Source: the human T2T-CHM13v2.0 reference genome, Homo sapiens. Taken from it: a stretch of DNA of 64,000 nucleotides. The stretch lies in assembly GCF_009914755.1 (NCBI RefSeq), contig NC_060941.1. The stretch is one strand, 5' to 3'. Shown piece after piece: positions 1-17,171 of this stretch. The position numbers and the translations under genes are program-made. Each line of letters starts with the position of its first letter. Within the stretch, counting starts at the first letter, position 1. The notes under the pieces were generated by a model. That model saw nothing but the letters and a program-made list of their open reading frames with translations, did not search any database and was not told the DNA's origin.

Positions 1-1
1 A

Positions 2-345
<344 letters not shown>

Positions 346-559
346 TATTATAGGTATTTTAATAAGAAGTTAAATCTTTTCATATGGAGTCTGGCTGTCA
401 GGTGGCTTAAGACATTGAGCACATTTGCAGGACTGGCTCTACCACCAAACCTGCTGGTATCTGCCTTTAGAAGAGTCATTCATTCATTGATTAAATAAGC
501 TTGACGGAGGAGTTTCCACCCATAAGTGGGGTAGAGCATATGAACATATCATGTAGAGG

Positions 560-750
560 AAAGGGCATGGTTTTCAGAGTCAAGCAGAGTTGGAAGCAAA
601 TCCAAGTTCAAACACATACACTTTGTGTAATTTCATAAAGATTTCTTGTTTTTATTTTGAGCCTTGTTTTCATTATCTATAAAAGAGAAACATAACATGG
701 TTGTTGCTAGGCTGAAACAAAATAATATTTGTACAGTGTTTAGCATATAC
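560..750 (+). mobile_element. MIR SINE fragment
   Basis: Degenerate MIR core (TTGAGCCTTGTTTTCATTATCTATAAAA...GTGTTTAGCATA). Confidence 0.55.
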
Positions 751-753
751 TGT

Positions 754-1830
754 AACCAAAATACCTAAGTCCCCTCTCACTACTATAATTGCATAGCAAC
801 TTCTTCATTTCCCCTTTACCAATATCTGAACTCTCTTACTTTGGATAACTGTTATTAGATAACAATGAAACAATTTTTGTGTTCAAAAGTGTATTTTATT
901 TAAGTATGTATTTTGGTTATCAAAAATGTTGGGCTATTTTGTAAGTTTGTGGAATGATATTGACATTAATTATTAGGCCAATTGGTTATAGTAAGAGTAA
1001 AGAAAGTTTACTCTTTCTCTTCATTTTCATCCATCATCCCCTGTAAGAAATATTAATCAATAAAATACAGAATGGTATCTACCAAGCAGTTTATAGCATA
1101 GTTTGGGCCTAAGCTTAAATTTAAGGCAATTCAGTGGGACCATTTACAATGTCTTAGAAAACTGGCTGACACGTCCTATTTGCAGAGAAGACTGAAGAAG
1201 TACCCTGTTTGTTTAAAATTAACATAAAATATTATTCTGCCTATCTACCTTTGCATGTACCTTGTAGATCACCTTCTTTGAGCTTTAGTAAGATGAGTAG
1301 AAAGATGCTATATTTTGGAGTTACTCTCCACCACTGGTTGTATAATCCACCATGATGGGGAAGCTCTTTTCCAGTTCCCAGCCTGTAAGACTTGCTGTAA
1401 TTTCACACTTGGTAATATGAGCTTGTTTTCTGGATCATCAGTGTTGGGGAAAAAAAAAAAAACAACTTCCGTTAATGGATGGCAGTCTCTAGAATTTTCC
1501 ATTGAGATTGAGTAATACAATTCATTATCCTAGTTATACATCTTAGGTCTCTACTTGGAATCATGAAGTTCTTTAAACCAAAATACCTAAGTCCCCATTT
1601 ACTGCAATAATTACATAGCAACTTCTTCATTTCCCCTTTACCAATATCCACTGAACTCTCTTACTTTTGGTAATTGTTATTAGATAGCAATGAAACAATT
1701 TTTTGTGTTCAAAAGTGTATTTTATTTAAATATTCATTTTGACTATCAAACATACCAAAAATGTTAGGCTATTTTTGTAAGTTCATGCACTGATGTTGAC
1801 ATTAATCATTAGGTTAATTGGTTGTAGTAA
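754..1830 (+). repeat. Diverged direct duplication, copies at 754-994 and 1576-1830
   Basis: Both copies start AACCAAAATACCTAAGTCCCC, share GCAACTTCTTCATTTCCCC and GTGTTCAAAAGTGTATTTTATTTAA, and end AATTGGTT(A/G)TAGTAA. Confidence 0.95.
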
Positions 1831-2234
1831 CCAGTTTATTCCAATACCGAGTCCTGCCCTCGACCAAATTAGTAATATAATGTGTTATCCTTTAATAAGA
1901 TGGGCAGATGGAAGGCGCAAGGGCAGGGTCAAGATATATGATAAACTTAAGCTCAACCAGTTAGAACCCAGGGCCAGGGTCTAGTTCTAGCAGGGGAAAA
2001 TTGGTGAAGACAATCATACACGCTGGGTGGACAAACTGTTCACCGAATTTCTAGGCCTACGCTTATGCTCAGCTTCATAGAGTAGGAAGCTATTTATAGA
2101 CCTTTCTCTACCCCAGTGGAGAAGGAGGTACTGTTTGTATCATTTCAGGGTTTCAGACAAATATGACCATAAGGTGGCTTGATTTGGATAGAAGTGGCCT
2201 TACAAGGATACAGGATTATTTAAATAATATGAAA

Positions 2235-2392
2235 ATGAACACTGCATTTGAAATCAAAATATCTGTCTTTATTTCAGGTTCCACCAGGTGACCAACTTAA
2301 AGCTCTGTAAGCTTTGGTTTACTCATCTGTAAAATATGGATAGCCATTTACGCTGCATAATGTTCAGAGGATTAGGTAAAATTATGTAAAAG
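2235..2392 (+). mobile_element. MIR SINE fragment
   Basis: GTTTACTCATCTGTAAAAT MIR core. Confidence 0.55.
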
Positions 2393-2405
2393 AAATAAAA
2401 AATAT

Positions 2406-2759
<354 letters not shown>

Positions 2760-3230
2760 TCACCACCTTCACTAAACATTCAAAAACCTTTGATGACTTT
2801 CTGCTAAAGACAGTTAAAGCCAAAGATATTAGCTTGCTATTCAGGATCTTAACTTGCCAGCTATTATTTCCCACTATTTTTCCCCATACAAATTTTTAGC
2901 AGACAACAACAAATCTATGTTTCCCTTGGTGAGTCAGTTGTAGTTGAGAGGTCTCATGAGGGAATCTGCTTGCCCAATTACGCAGGACATCACCTCTCAC
3001 TTTACACCTGGGAAGGAGAGGACCTTTGGCTTTCAGATGTGGGCGCTCCATGTGATCAGAATCCTGGCCCGATGCCTGCCCATGGATCATGCTAAACAAG
3101 TTCAGGAGAGTTTGATATGTGAGCCTGAAGGCCAGTTCTTTAATTATCAATTTTTTATATTATCCTACGTCAGTATCCTCATGGAAGTTCACACTATAAT
3201 AGGTTTGTTAGACGACTATGAAATCAGAGT

Positions 3231-3585
<355 letters not shown>

Positions 3586-4954
3586 TCATCATCAAGGAGG
3601 CCCAGACCTCAGTGGAAAATGGATTTGTGGGTGCCCCTGAGAAGCTTTGACTCTCTTGACAGAGCTCAAGGGGGTGCAGTTGTCACTGGGTGGGTGACAT
3701 GAGTGGGTGGGACCTGGAACTGCTCTCAGGCAGACAGTCTGGTAGACACGAGACATACAAGAAATTAAATGTCTGTGTGTTTGCAGGGGCCCGTCTTAAC
3801 CAATCCCCCAGGTGGCTCCTACTGGAGAGAAAAAAACAATGTCGTATTTAGCCATGGGCAAGTGTAGAAATGGAGGCTGGGAGAAATCCCTGCACACCTT
3901 TCTTTGGTCAGCTCATGAGTCATTTTCCCCCCAATAAACAGAAACACCACCTAAAACAAATTAGATCACATTGCTTTTCTTAGTAGCATGTCATATATTT
4001 TCTTCCCCACTTGTCCATGTTCTGTCAAAGATGAGGAATGATCTTGCAGAACTCTTGGAGCTGAGAGCAGAGTGGAGCCAACCTGATCCCGTAAGCCGAC
4101 CTGGAAGCCTCATGGGAAATTCTTCTTGAAACATCCCAGCCCCATTTCAGGGCCTCTGTGCTTAATCTGCAGATAATAATCTCAGCTCCTTACGGCTTGC
4201 CCATCACCTCATCTATAGTGTTTGCCACTCTTAGTTTTTGTCAAACTCTAAGGAGTTGGGGAAAAAACATTTTGGGGCAGATAGTTCAAGGAAAAGTCAA
4301 AGTTGAGAGGTGACTTGGTTTTTCTCCTCTTTCCCACACTACAGACCAGAAAACTAAACTCAAAATAATAGTATGAATGCAAAGAAAATCAAACCATCCT
4401 GACTCCTTTGCCATGTTTGAATAATCATGAAGACTCTTGTAGGAGTTTTCCATTAATTCAGGAAGCCCGCTCTAGCTTTTCTGCATGAGTTTATCAGTCC
4501 CTATTTTGTCGTAAGGTCTATTGTGTTTTCTCCACTATTCTAAAATGCAGCTGCGTTATCACTGTATATGCAGTATAAATGTTTAGTCACCTCTGAGTTT
4601 TCAACTGGAATGCTCCTCAGGGACATGTCACTGCTAGGTGAAATGGGGGTGGCTGAGTGGAGTGGCAACCATCTGGTTATGTTGAGCATGCCGGGATTGG
4701 CAGGAAGCACTACATGAGAGAGTGTAGCTTAAAAAGGTGCATTTAATGCTATAATTGTTTATTTGTTTTCATTTGTAATATTTGTTTTGAAATTTCAAAT
4801 AACACTGAAGAAGAACTCAATGTTTTAGATTTCCAATAGAAGGCACAGATTTAAAAGGCTGGAAGATACCACTTAACAAGCTAATCCCAGAGCAAATACA
4901 GAGACAATTCTTAACTATAATAAATGCTTTACCTGTGAATAGCTTTATCACTGA

Positions 4955-5374
<420 letters not shown>

Positions 5375-5759
5375 TGAGGAACAATGTAACCTGGTGAAAA
5401 AAAAAAAAAAAGACATGGGACTCATTCTGCAAGAAGTGATCTGCAACTCGCTATGCAAATAATATGAACAGAATAATGCTATTTTTTAAAATTAATATCC
5501 CATGAAGGAAGACTCTGTATCTCTGCAGATACACACATGAAAGAGGCCAGGAAGTGAATCTTCCATGCTAATAACAATGTAGTTCCTCCTGCAGGGGCAG
5601 GACAGTCCAGAGGAACTTTATTTTTAGACTATTGGACTATTTGTTTAATATGATACTGTTAACATGTATTTATATATTACTTGTAGACAGTAAATATTGA
5701 TAAAATATTTTAAAAATACAATAATAATAATCAAATGACCTCATAACATTGTTAAGCCT

Positions 5760-5860
5760 GCCTGGTTGGGCAATTTGAGGAATTTCCTCAAGGTTTTTGG
5801 ACCTCAGTTTCCCCATCTGCAGGAGATTAGAGAATTCCTCATGGGGTGCTGTGGGTCTCC
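5760..5860 (+). mobile_element. MIR fragment
   Basis: CCTCAGTTTCCCCATCTG core. Confidence 0.55.
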
Positions 5861-6329
5861 CATCGCTCCTCAAAACAACCTCAGCAACCGGGAAGGGGGG
5901 AACAGAGAGGTATGGGAAGGTTGATGAGAAAACTAAGTATGTGTGTGGGAGGGGGCGCCGTAATTCGAATCCAAGCAGCTCTGCTCTCCTTTTAGTTTTT
6001 TAGAGCATTCTTCTACATTCGACCATGTTTGAATAATAGTGGAGTAAAAAAATTATCTATGGATAACTCCAACTCTACAAACTGCAAAACCAAACAAAAA
6101 CAACCTTTAAGAGAATCATCTAAATCGGCAAGTAGTGTGCTCTGAGCTTCAATGTACAATTTACACAGAAGTCACAAGGAAGCTCTAGCTTCCATCTCAG
6201 CCTCTGCTTTCTGCCCCTGGAGGGAGGCAGCAAAGAAAGTGAAGGCACACCCGAGTGTCCAGCCCTCATTCACGCTGGTTCTTCTGGCCACAGCACTGGG
6301 CTTGTATGTGGAAGTCTCATTCTGATGTA

Positions 6330-6830
6330 TCGTGATTCTTTGTTTTAAAACTCAAGCTTAGCAATTTATTTTTTAATCAGTTGAAACTCTTTTCATGGCA
6401 AATGGTAGAAAGCTCAATAAAATTTACAAAAGAGAAAAAAAGGATGGCATTGTTTCACATAATGGAGAAACTCGAGGCTTTAAGCATTGATCCTTCCAGT
6501 GCCTCAAGTGACATAATTGTCACTTCATTTCTCAGCTCTGTGTTCTATGTTCCATGCAGTGACAAAGTGGCTGCCTCACAGGTTCAGTTCAACCTAAGAG
6601 GTGACATTGCCTTCTAGAAATCTCTGCCCACTCCCATGAAAATCAAGGGATTTATTGATTGCCCAACTTGAGTCATCGGCCATGGAGACCCCAGTCACCA
6701 GGAGAGGAAGTTTGTGCTCTGATTAGCCAATGTGGACCAAATGGGGGGATGGGGGATACTCAAGGAAAATTTAGGGCACCATTTCTTGAAAAATGTAGAG
6801 TAAATAGTGAACGCATTATAATAACATCCC
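6330..6830 (-). mobile_element. Ancient MaLR/ERVL LTR remnant (MLT1-like)
   Basis: Degenerate MLT1-type motifs (CTCTGATTAGCCAA, TGATTGCCCAACTTGAGTCA). Confidence 0.4.
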
Positions 6831-8412
6831 AGCTGGCCCTATGATTGTTATTACAAAGCATTTTGAAGACAGAAGGAAATATGAGTGACCACTTCTGAGC
6901 TTCCCTTGTCCTCTGTGAGTCTTAAGAACAGGAGCAAATGTCATCTCGCATTAGCTTAAATTTCTTAATAGAGTTTACTTTTTAAAAAGATATTTTAAAA
7001 CAATACACTCCTTTTTCAAAACATCATTATTTTCAAATCATGTAGACATGTATCAGAACTCTCTTAAACAGACTGCCATAGACAGGCTGTACAGAGAGGT
7101 GAAGCTGCAAAATGAGTCTAAAGTAGAATAAAACGAGAACCAAAAAGAAAATGAGTGTCTTATTTCATGAAAAGTAGTAACTATGCCCAATTCACGTAAT
7201 GAAAACCGCTGAGCATGTTATCCTTAACAAAATAATTTTATTAAGCAAAGTCCTTCTCTATTTAGCACAAGGAAAACATTATTTTAGTCAATTAATAATT
7301 CCCAAAGTGTTTCCTTAATATTTTGACAGTAATTTCAAATGGATGTGCATGCATAGAAATGATTATTAAACTAAGGCATATACACAGGCACATACATACT
7401 CACACCCACATGATTATTATTATTATTGGTTGAAACTATAGCCTGAGGCGACAAGGAAAGTAAAGGTCAGCCTTCCAAACAGAAAACACATGTATGGTGA
7501 GAGCACCATAAACTGCAGGGAAGAAACAAATTTATTCTCATATTTTTCATCAAGTTTATTTTTAGAGTCATGAACAACAGAGACCTTTCTTATTGATTAA
7601 ATTTCGTAATGTTGAATTTGATCAAATCATAAGACACCAATTAGACTATAATTTTTAAACCATTATGGATGATAATAAAGGACGAATGGAATCATTAACA
7701 AAGAATTCCCTGAGTATTAAATTATCCCGTCTTTATCTTGTTAAGAAAACTTAGAAATTGTGTGTGGGTGCGGGTGTGTTTTCAATCACAAAGAGTGTTT
7801 CCCTCTTCTCGTAAACTCGCGGAAGCCATTTTCCAGCCCTCCAAGGGCAGCATAGCTATAGGTTGGCAGCAAATATTCTTCTTTTCGGTGTGCTATCTAG
7901 ACATGGCTTCACACGGTTTGTGTTTCCCTGTTGACCTTTTAAAGAGTCCATACCAAGGCAGGACAATCCTTAGGCTGACTTGAAGAGTTCCCCTGATGTG
8001 GAGCTGTCGTACTCAAATTCCTGCTGGCAGTTTCCTAAGAAATGCTAAAAGATCCTTAGGAATCTGAATTTACCAGTTAATAGACAGTGTCTTTCTCAAA
8101 CTGGGAATTTCTCCACTTTCCTCAAGCCTCATCCGTATTCTAGAGGAGAGATTTTAAGTACAGGACAGACTTACTACTCATTGCAGAACCAGAAGGGGGA
8201 GCCATAGTGCAAAGGAATCTTAGACCATTCACACTGTTTCTACAGGGATGAGTAATAATCACCACATGGGTTACATAACTTCCGGCCCACGGATGAAGTA
8301 AGGGCAATGAACGCGATATTCTCTAAAGAACATTTGGGTCAAGATGGCTGTCTTTACTTTCCCGTTTATGTAGCCAAGAATGAACAGAGAAAAATCTTTA
8401 CCAAATTTAGCA

Positions 8413-8735
<323 letters not shown>

Positions 8736-9517
8736 CAAACTTAGAAGTTATTGAGGGTTGCCATCAATATGGCGGAAATTGTAAGGCACGTTTACAACAC
8801 GAAGCGAAGAGAAGGGATTCGCTAATGGGCTTCACTGCTTGAAGGAAATGCCTGGCTGAGGCATAAGTTGAAGGTCCTCGGGAAGAACTCCATGTTATCT
8901 GGAAACGACTCCTGAGCTTGGACAGATTTGTCCCAGGGAAAGAAGAGCCTTGATCGTACCTTTGGCAAAAGCTCAAAGTGCAAGAGATCATCCCGGGTAG
9001 AGAAGCCAGGTGTGGCACTCATTCTTGACCTACACCTGGCAGGGATGGAACCAGTATTGCAGGAGGTGCTGGTCCAGCTGACTTCTCACTCTACAGCAAA
9101 CCCAGGAGTGTAACCTGCAGCAGAAGGCAGTGCCCCCACTTGCTGTTTTCTACTGCTTACTGAAAAGCAGATCTCAATTTCAGCAAAGCACTACCAGACT
9201 TTTCATCCTTCTTTTTCCTGGATCTGAGAGATGTAAAAGTATTATAGAGTGATTCAGACGGAACCCATTTTAAACACACTCTGTAAGGGTAAGTAAACAG
9301 AGAAAAAGATAAACACAGACAAAGAAAAGATTCTGCCGAAGAAGGGAAACGACCCGAGAAACCCAGCAAATAAAGACTGTGAAGTGAAATTCCTAACATG
9401 AGATAGAATAAAGTATCAGAAAATCTGTAATTGATATTTTTGACCAAGTCTGAGAGGATGTGGCATCTGTGGAGCTAGAGTCGACAATTATGAAAAGATA
9501 CAGATCTGAAGTCAGAA

Positions 9518-10480
<963 letters not shown>

Positions 10481-10499
10481 GTTGTATTTTAAAATGTCA

Positions 10500-10785
10500 T
10501 GAAAGAAGTGAACTGGACATAGGCTGTGCAGAACATTGAATCAGTCAAGTAGAAGGAAGTTTAAGAAATTCTCCTAGAGCTCAGAGAGAAAGCAAGCTGA
10601 TATTTAATGAATATTAGGAATTCCAAAAGTAAAAAAGAAAGCCAATTAGGAAGAAGAAATAATCAAAATAATAATGGAAGATAATGTTGCTAAAATTACT
10701 AAGGATTATGATCTTGTTTTAAAAGGCTTAGCAAGTACCAGGAACAACTTATTTTAAAGAGTCACTTGAATGAAAATTATCAAGT
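10500..10785 (+). mobile_element. Ancient L1M/HAL1 ORF1-like fragment
   Basis: A-rich GAAGAAATAATCAAAATAATAATGGAAGATAATGTTGC resembles old L1 ORF1. Confidence 0.4.
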
Positions 10786-10789
10786 ACAT

Positions 10790-12260
10790 TTATATTACAG
10801 GCACTGGGAAAAGCCAAAAAAATGTATTAGGTGAAATGAACATGGTACCTATTCCAACTGAGTTGAATATACCTTAGAAGACAAGCAAATCACAATCGGT
10901 AGCATAGAGTATGGGAAGTGCTATCACAGAAGTGAAAAGCTTAGCAGAGGTGCACTTTAATTGGCTTGGGGGATCAGGAAAATATCACTTTCCAGAAGAA
11001 GTGATATTTGAGCAGACCTGAGGAATATGTCAGCATTATCTAGATGAAGAAAAATGTCTTCGGTGAGATGGGAAGTAATCCAGACAGAAGTAAAAGCCTG
11101 GGTAAAGTCTCAAACCTGAAAAAGAACATGTCACATTTAAACAACTAAGAACATTTCTGTAAGGTTGAAAAATCAAAGAAAAGCTGAGTTAATGAGGTTG
11201 AAGGAAAAACAGAGGCTAACGTATAAAAAATTTCATCCACTATATGAGTCACTTTAATCATAATCCTGAGATGAAGATATGGACAATGCAACACAAGGAC
11301 AAGGAGTTTTTATAATGATCATATGTATATTTTCAAAAAGGCTCTCTAGTGAGTGTGGACAATGAATAGTAGAAGAGCCAGACAAATGGTGAGAGACTGA
11401 TTAGAGGTCATCACAGGAATTTGGGGAGGAAAAGGCAATGTAAACTAGGAGATTAGCCATGGGAATGGATAAAAATAGGTAGATATGAGAAATTTTTCAA
11501 AATGTAGAATCAACCTTAATTAGATGTGGGCATTAGGGAGAAGTATGACAGCCAGATATCTGGTTTGGAGCAATTAAATGCCATTCTCTGAGATGGGAAT
11601 CTCAGGAGAAAGACTGGATGATGACTTCTGCTTTGAACATGTTGAATTTAATGTGATGAATAGGCAGTTGGAACTGGGGAAGCAGAAACTAGGGTGAAGA
11701 CAGGGCCTTGTGAGAGCTTAGTGTATATACGGCAAATGTTTCCATGGGAGAGGAGATCTTTGCCTAAGAAAGTATGGAGAGTGGGAAGAGAATAATACTA
11801 AGAACAGAAGAGAAATCCACTAAGAGGATGCCGATGATACCTGCAACTAGAGGCATAGGGAAGGCTTTGCAGTTCTTCTTCAGCAGTAAGGGGGTCATAA
11901 CCTGGAGATGAGGCATTTGGAGGCTACCAGGATGTAATTGAAAGGCTGAGCCTATGAATAGCATGTGGAAAATCTTGGCCCTTTGAGTATCTGGAAAAGC
12001 TGCAGGGAAGGGTTTTCTAACGGAGGAATGAGGTTTCAAACATGGCATGAATATGAAGTGATTAGAGGAAGTAGAAGAGTTTTTCACTGAAGGGGAGTTC
12101 AATGGTTAGAGTAGATACGCCTTGGAAGAAGGGAAGAGATTTGAGAAAATGTACAAGAACTATATGGAGGAGAGAAGATAAATGAATGGCAGAGGGTTGT
12201 GTCCTGTGCATTGGAAATGGACAACAGAGGTATGAGGCATGATGAAGTATGACAAGAACC
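10790..12260 (-). mobile_element. L2 LINE fragment
   Basis: Purine-rich antisense L2 motifs (GAAGAAGTGATATTTGAGCAGACCTGA, TTAGATGTGGG, TTTGAACATGTTGAATTT). Confidence 0.75.
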
Positions 12261-12289
12261 ACACTGAGTTATATTCTAAATATGGTTTT

Positions 12290-13770
12290 AAAATTTCATG
12301 CTTAGTGGAAAAAATACATTAAGCATCTGAGAGGAAGGAAAACAACTACCTAAATGATAACTGAAAGCAGATTGTCACCAGAATGTGTCTCCTAATATCA
12401 GATAACCATGGAGCAACACCCGAGGAATTTTGAGAAGAAAGGATTGTGTGACATAATTTTATACCCAGCTGTTGTTTATGTGAGTGGGTGCTAAAATTCT
12501 TGGATATGCAAGGATGCATACACAGCTAGCATGTGTATGGATACAATACAGTAACCAACATATACATCATGGAAATTTACTCAAGAAACTCTAGTAAATT
12601 AAGAAATTAATCAGTTAGGAACCTAATCTCCATATCATGAGGGTGGACAAAGCACACATATACCTCTCCATTTTCTCTCCAGATCCCAGGAAAATGACTA
12701 ATCAAGTATAAGAATGAGATTAAATCCTTAGCAGTCCTGAAAAACAAAAACAGAGGAGGTTTTATCAGCAGATCGAACATTTTAAAGAATTTTGGAAAAC
12801 TATAAAGTACATTGGTTTGACAGGGAAAATAGCGCCAAGAAAATCACAAACAAATAAGGACATCTGGAATGGGTCACTGAAGAAGCAAGTACCAGCCTTC
12901 CCCACAGAGCCCTGGAAAAACTCCAAGATCATCATCAGCAAGGGCTGGAAATATTTGTTGAATGATGTTGAATGAATGAGCAGCCTGTGTGGCAATTAGC
13001 AACATAATTAATTGAAGGAATGCCAGCCCAGCTGGGCTGGTCCTCAGCTCTGGTACACAGAGAGCTGGCTATGGTATTTTCTCTTAAGATATAATAGATA
13101 AGATGAACTCTATATAAAGTGGTGGCTCTTCCTTTAGGAAAAAGAAAAATAATAGAAAAGCAGCTTTGTAGAGGAATGAAATGTCCTGAAACTCCCTACT
13201 CCCAGAGAAATGTCTTCCCTGGCTTACTTGGATTTATTGAGGCAAATCCTTAACCTACTTACATGCTGTTTGTTTGTTCAACCTGGAAAGAAATCCATTT
13301 GCATCGCACCCACCCACCCAAAGAGGACTGGAGTATGCTCCCATTCAGGAGAGAGCTCTGCTGTAGGGATGGTACACTCTACAATTGCTGAAGAAAGCCA
13401 GTTGAATGATCAACAGGGACCACTGTAATCCTTCAATCATAATTACAAATACACAGACTTTGAGGAAAAGTAAACCATTAATTAGAAACATCTATAGGAA
13501 CAGGTGGAACAGATGGTCCTTGAGAGATTAATAATGGCAATAGAAGTTAATTTAACATTTCCATTAAAATTATTAAAAATATTTGACAGAATATTGAATA
13601 TGTGAAAAAGGACATACTTCTTTGAAAATGAATCAAATGAATAAGAAATTTTGAGAAATTAAAATCGTGCATAATGGGGGAGAAAAAAACTAAGAAGGGC
13701 TGATTACTGCAATAGACAAAGCTAAAATTAGTGACTAAATCTCCTAGAATATGGAATAGTAACAAAGATT
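12290..13770 (+). mobile_element. Ancient L1M/HAL1 5'/ORF1-like fragments
   Basis: ATTTTATACCCAGC motif and a decayed, A-rich ORF1-like stretch (13480-13770). Confidence 0.45.
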
Positions 13771-15954
13771 AAGAATATTACTGTTGTTTGTTATTAACAT
13801 CTTCCTCTCAAAACATATTAGATTTTCTATTTTGGGGATTCAGCAGTTTATCTATGAGTATAAATTGTATCATGTTACATAACCATAGTTTATCATTTGT
13901 TGAACATACGCAATTTCTTTTAGAATACTGTGATCTTCTTTTCCTCTTCTAACAACTCCCTTTTCTCCTTGTGAAACTTCTAATTCATGTTTCTTGAACT
14001 ACTGAATACATTTGTCATGTGTCTTAAATTTTCTATGAAAATAGCACTGTCCCACTTTTATTTTAAAATATTTAAGGATGTTCATGTGTTTCGAAGACAA
14101 AATTAAAGATTTTAATTAATTGTATTTTCTGTTGGTTTATCTGAATTTTTGAAAACATCAATATTACAACATTTTAAGTAAAAATGAACATATTATTTAT
14201 AAAAGTGCATGTTTGAGTTTAATTCTCTACCGTTTTTACTGTTCTTTACTCTTTTCCTTTTGCAGGGAGAGCGTTGGCTATTTTATTGTAGATACATAGG
14301 CACACACTCCAGAGAGCCAGATGTAGCTACAAGATTTGTTATGTAAATTATCTGTCCCCTTCAAGTCCATTTATCCCTTTTCCCCAAAACCACTGTCAAC
14401 TCTTTCAGTTGATCCCTGTGGTATTTCCCTGCTTGTGGCTAAATAATGCATTAGTCTTGCTGCTTCCTGATTTTTCAGCTTTACATATTATTTATTGACT
14501 TCCCACTATGTCAGATGAGGATTTAATTTTGTTTTTTGCATCCCTTTGCATCTCCAAAGAAACTCTCCATTATCTCCCCTTCAGTCTTTCAATGTAATTA
14601 TACTGTAATTTTAGTTTCCCCAAATATTCATTGCTTAAACTATTATAATCATGTAAATGCTATTGAGTCCTGAGCCTAGTAAACTCTGATAACTTTTCCT
14701 TTCCTGCACAACTTTTTACATCTCCTGGAATCAATCCTTATCTTTTTGTTCATTTGTTTATGTGGTTTTCTGTATACTTATCAGAAATTTAACCTACACT
14801 CTCCAGCAATTACCTGAATCTCTTTTCAATAAGTTCATTCACATTAGGTATTTTAATGCTTTCATCTTCTTGAAAAAATTTCTCTGTGACCCTTCTGACC
14901 TGTCAATATTGAGAATGGTTGTCCTCTGCAAGGGTTATGCTAGCTTCTCTGACTTTCATCACCAATCTGGGATTTTTCTTTATTTCTCTCTCGTATTGGG
15001 TGCCTTTTTTCTTGGATCTCATGTCTTCTTCTTTTAGGGTTCCTTCAGAGGAATACAAAAGAAGTAACATTTTAAAAACCTTGAGTTTCTGAAACTTCTT
15101 TTTACCTGACACCAGATAGTTTAGCTGGGCACATAGTTTTAAGAATAGGAATAGGAAAATATTGCTTATTTCTCTTCTAGTTTGCAATATTTGCTATTGA
15201 GCAATCTGAAGTCACTGAGATTCCTAATCTGTTGTATAAAACTTGTTTTCATTTTTTTTTCTTCTCTGAGAACCTGTAGAATTTCCTTTTTATCTTCAGT
15301 CTTCTGAAACTGCAAAAGCAAGAGCTCTTCAAGTAAAGAGCCTTAACATTTGCCTCTTTTCATTCACTCTCTTGGACACCCAGATGATGGGTCCTTTGAA
15401 TCTGGAAACTCATGTCCTCAGTTCTGTCAAATATTCTTGAATTATTTTGTTGATAATTACTTCCACTTTATTTCATCTGTTTGTTCTTTCTTGAATTGCC
15501 ATTAGATAATTATTGGAGCTCTTAAACTGATTTCCCCAATTCCTTACTATTTTTCAATTTCCAATCACTGTGTCCCTTTAGACTGTTTTCTGGAAGATTA
15601 TCTCAACTTTTTCTTCCTATTTTTCTGTTTACTTTTCAATTTTACTTTCAATTTCCCAGAACTCTTACTTCTGAATATTTATTTGTATGGCATTTTTAAT
15701 GATTGTAACTTACTATCTTACCTATCTGAGAACGTAATGATAGTTTTTTATTTATTTTTTCCCACATAGTCTCTGTTTTCTCCAAGTTGCTTTTGTCCAA
15801 GTTGCTTTTTGGTTTGGTCTCTATATTTCATCCCAGGCTTTCTTTACATGTTTGATATTCTTTTTTTGTCTGCTCAGATTTAGTGGGCAAACTAGAAGCT
15901 GATTGGAAGCACTGATGTCCCAGCGTGTCTTATTAAAAAACTCCAATGTCTGTC

Positions 15955-16240
15955 GGCCAGGCACGGTGGCTCACCCTGTAATCCAGCACTTTGGGAGGCC
16001 GAGGTGGGTGGATTACAAGGTCAGGAGATTGAGACCAGCCTGGCCAATGTGGTGAAACCCTGTCTCTACTAAAAATACAAAAATTAGCTGGGTGTGGTGG
16101 TGCGCACCTGTAGTCCCAGCTACTCGGGAAACTGAGGCAGGAAAATCGCTTGAACCTGGGAGGCGAATTGCAGTGAGCCGAGATTGCACCACTGTACTCC
16201 AGCCTGATGACAGAGTGAGACTCCATCTCAAAAAATACCA
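15955..16240 (+). mobile_element. AluSc-like SINE
   Basis: TSD AAAAAACTCCAATGTCT on both sides. Confidence 0.95.
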
Positions 16241-16329
16241 AAAAACTCCAATGTCTTTCCTCTTGTACTGGGCAGGCCCTTTAGCTTGAACTCTTCCAAG
16301 GAAGATGAGTGAGGAAAAAGGTTGGGGGC

Positions 16330-16703
16330 TGTATTTGTCCATTTTCACGCTGCTATGAAGACATACACGAGACTGGGATATTTATAAAGAAAAGAGGTTT
16401 AATTGACTCACAGTTCCACATGGCTGGGGAGGCCTCAGGAAACTTAGAATCATGGCAGAAGTGGAAGAGGCTCATCTTATATGGTGGCAGGCAGGCAAGA
16501 GAGAGCGAGCAAAAACACGGAAAACTGCCTTATAAAACTATCAGATCCTGTGAGAACTCACTCACTATCACGAGAACAGCATGGAGGAAAACACTTTCAT
16601 GATCAAGTCACCTTACACCTGGTCCCTCCCTCAACATGTGGGGATTATGGGGATTACAATTTGAGATGAGATTTCGGTGGTGACCCAGAGCCAAACCATA
16701 TCA
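16330..16703 (-). mobile_element. THE1D-like MaLR solo LTR
   Basis: TG...CA termini, perfect 5-bp TSD GGGGC, TTCCACATGGCTGGGGAGGCCTCAGGAAAC. Confidence 0.9.
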
Positions 16704-16867
16704 GGGGCATCTCAGAATTTTTTGTAGAGATGCTCATTTAACCCATCTCTCTAAAGTTCAAAAGTTTTACTCATAATCCATTCCCTAGAGACGCTCTGGT
16801 TTACTGTCTTCAGAACATAACCCTCCAATCTTTTGCCGGGGAAGGGAATTGGCCCAGACATTAATAG

Positions 16868-17171
<304 letters not shown>

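Noticed and set aside
1308-1520. Overlapping ORFs on both strands, a possible exon or pseudogene
   Set aside because: No recognisable protein family; they include an A-run and show no clear splice structure
8764-9113. Cluster of short ORFs in GC-richer unique DNA
   Set aside because: No homology I can recognise and no consistent frame or splice signals
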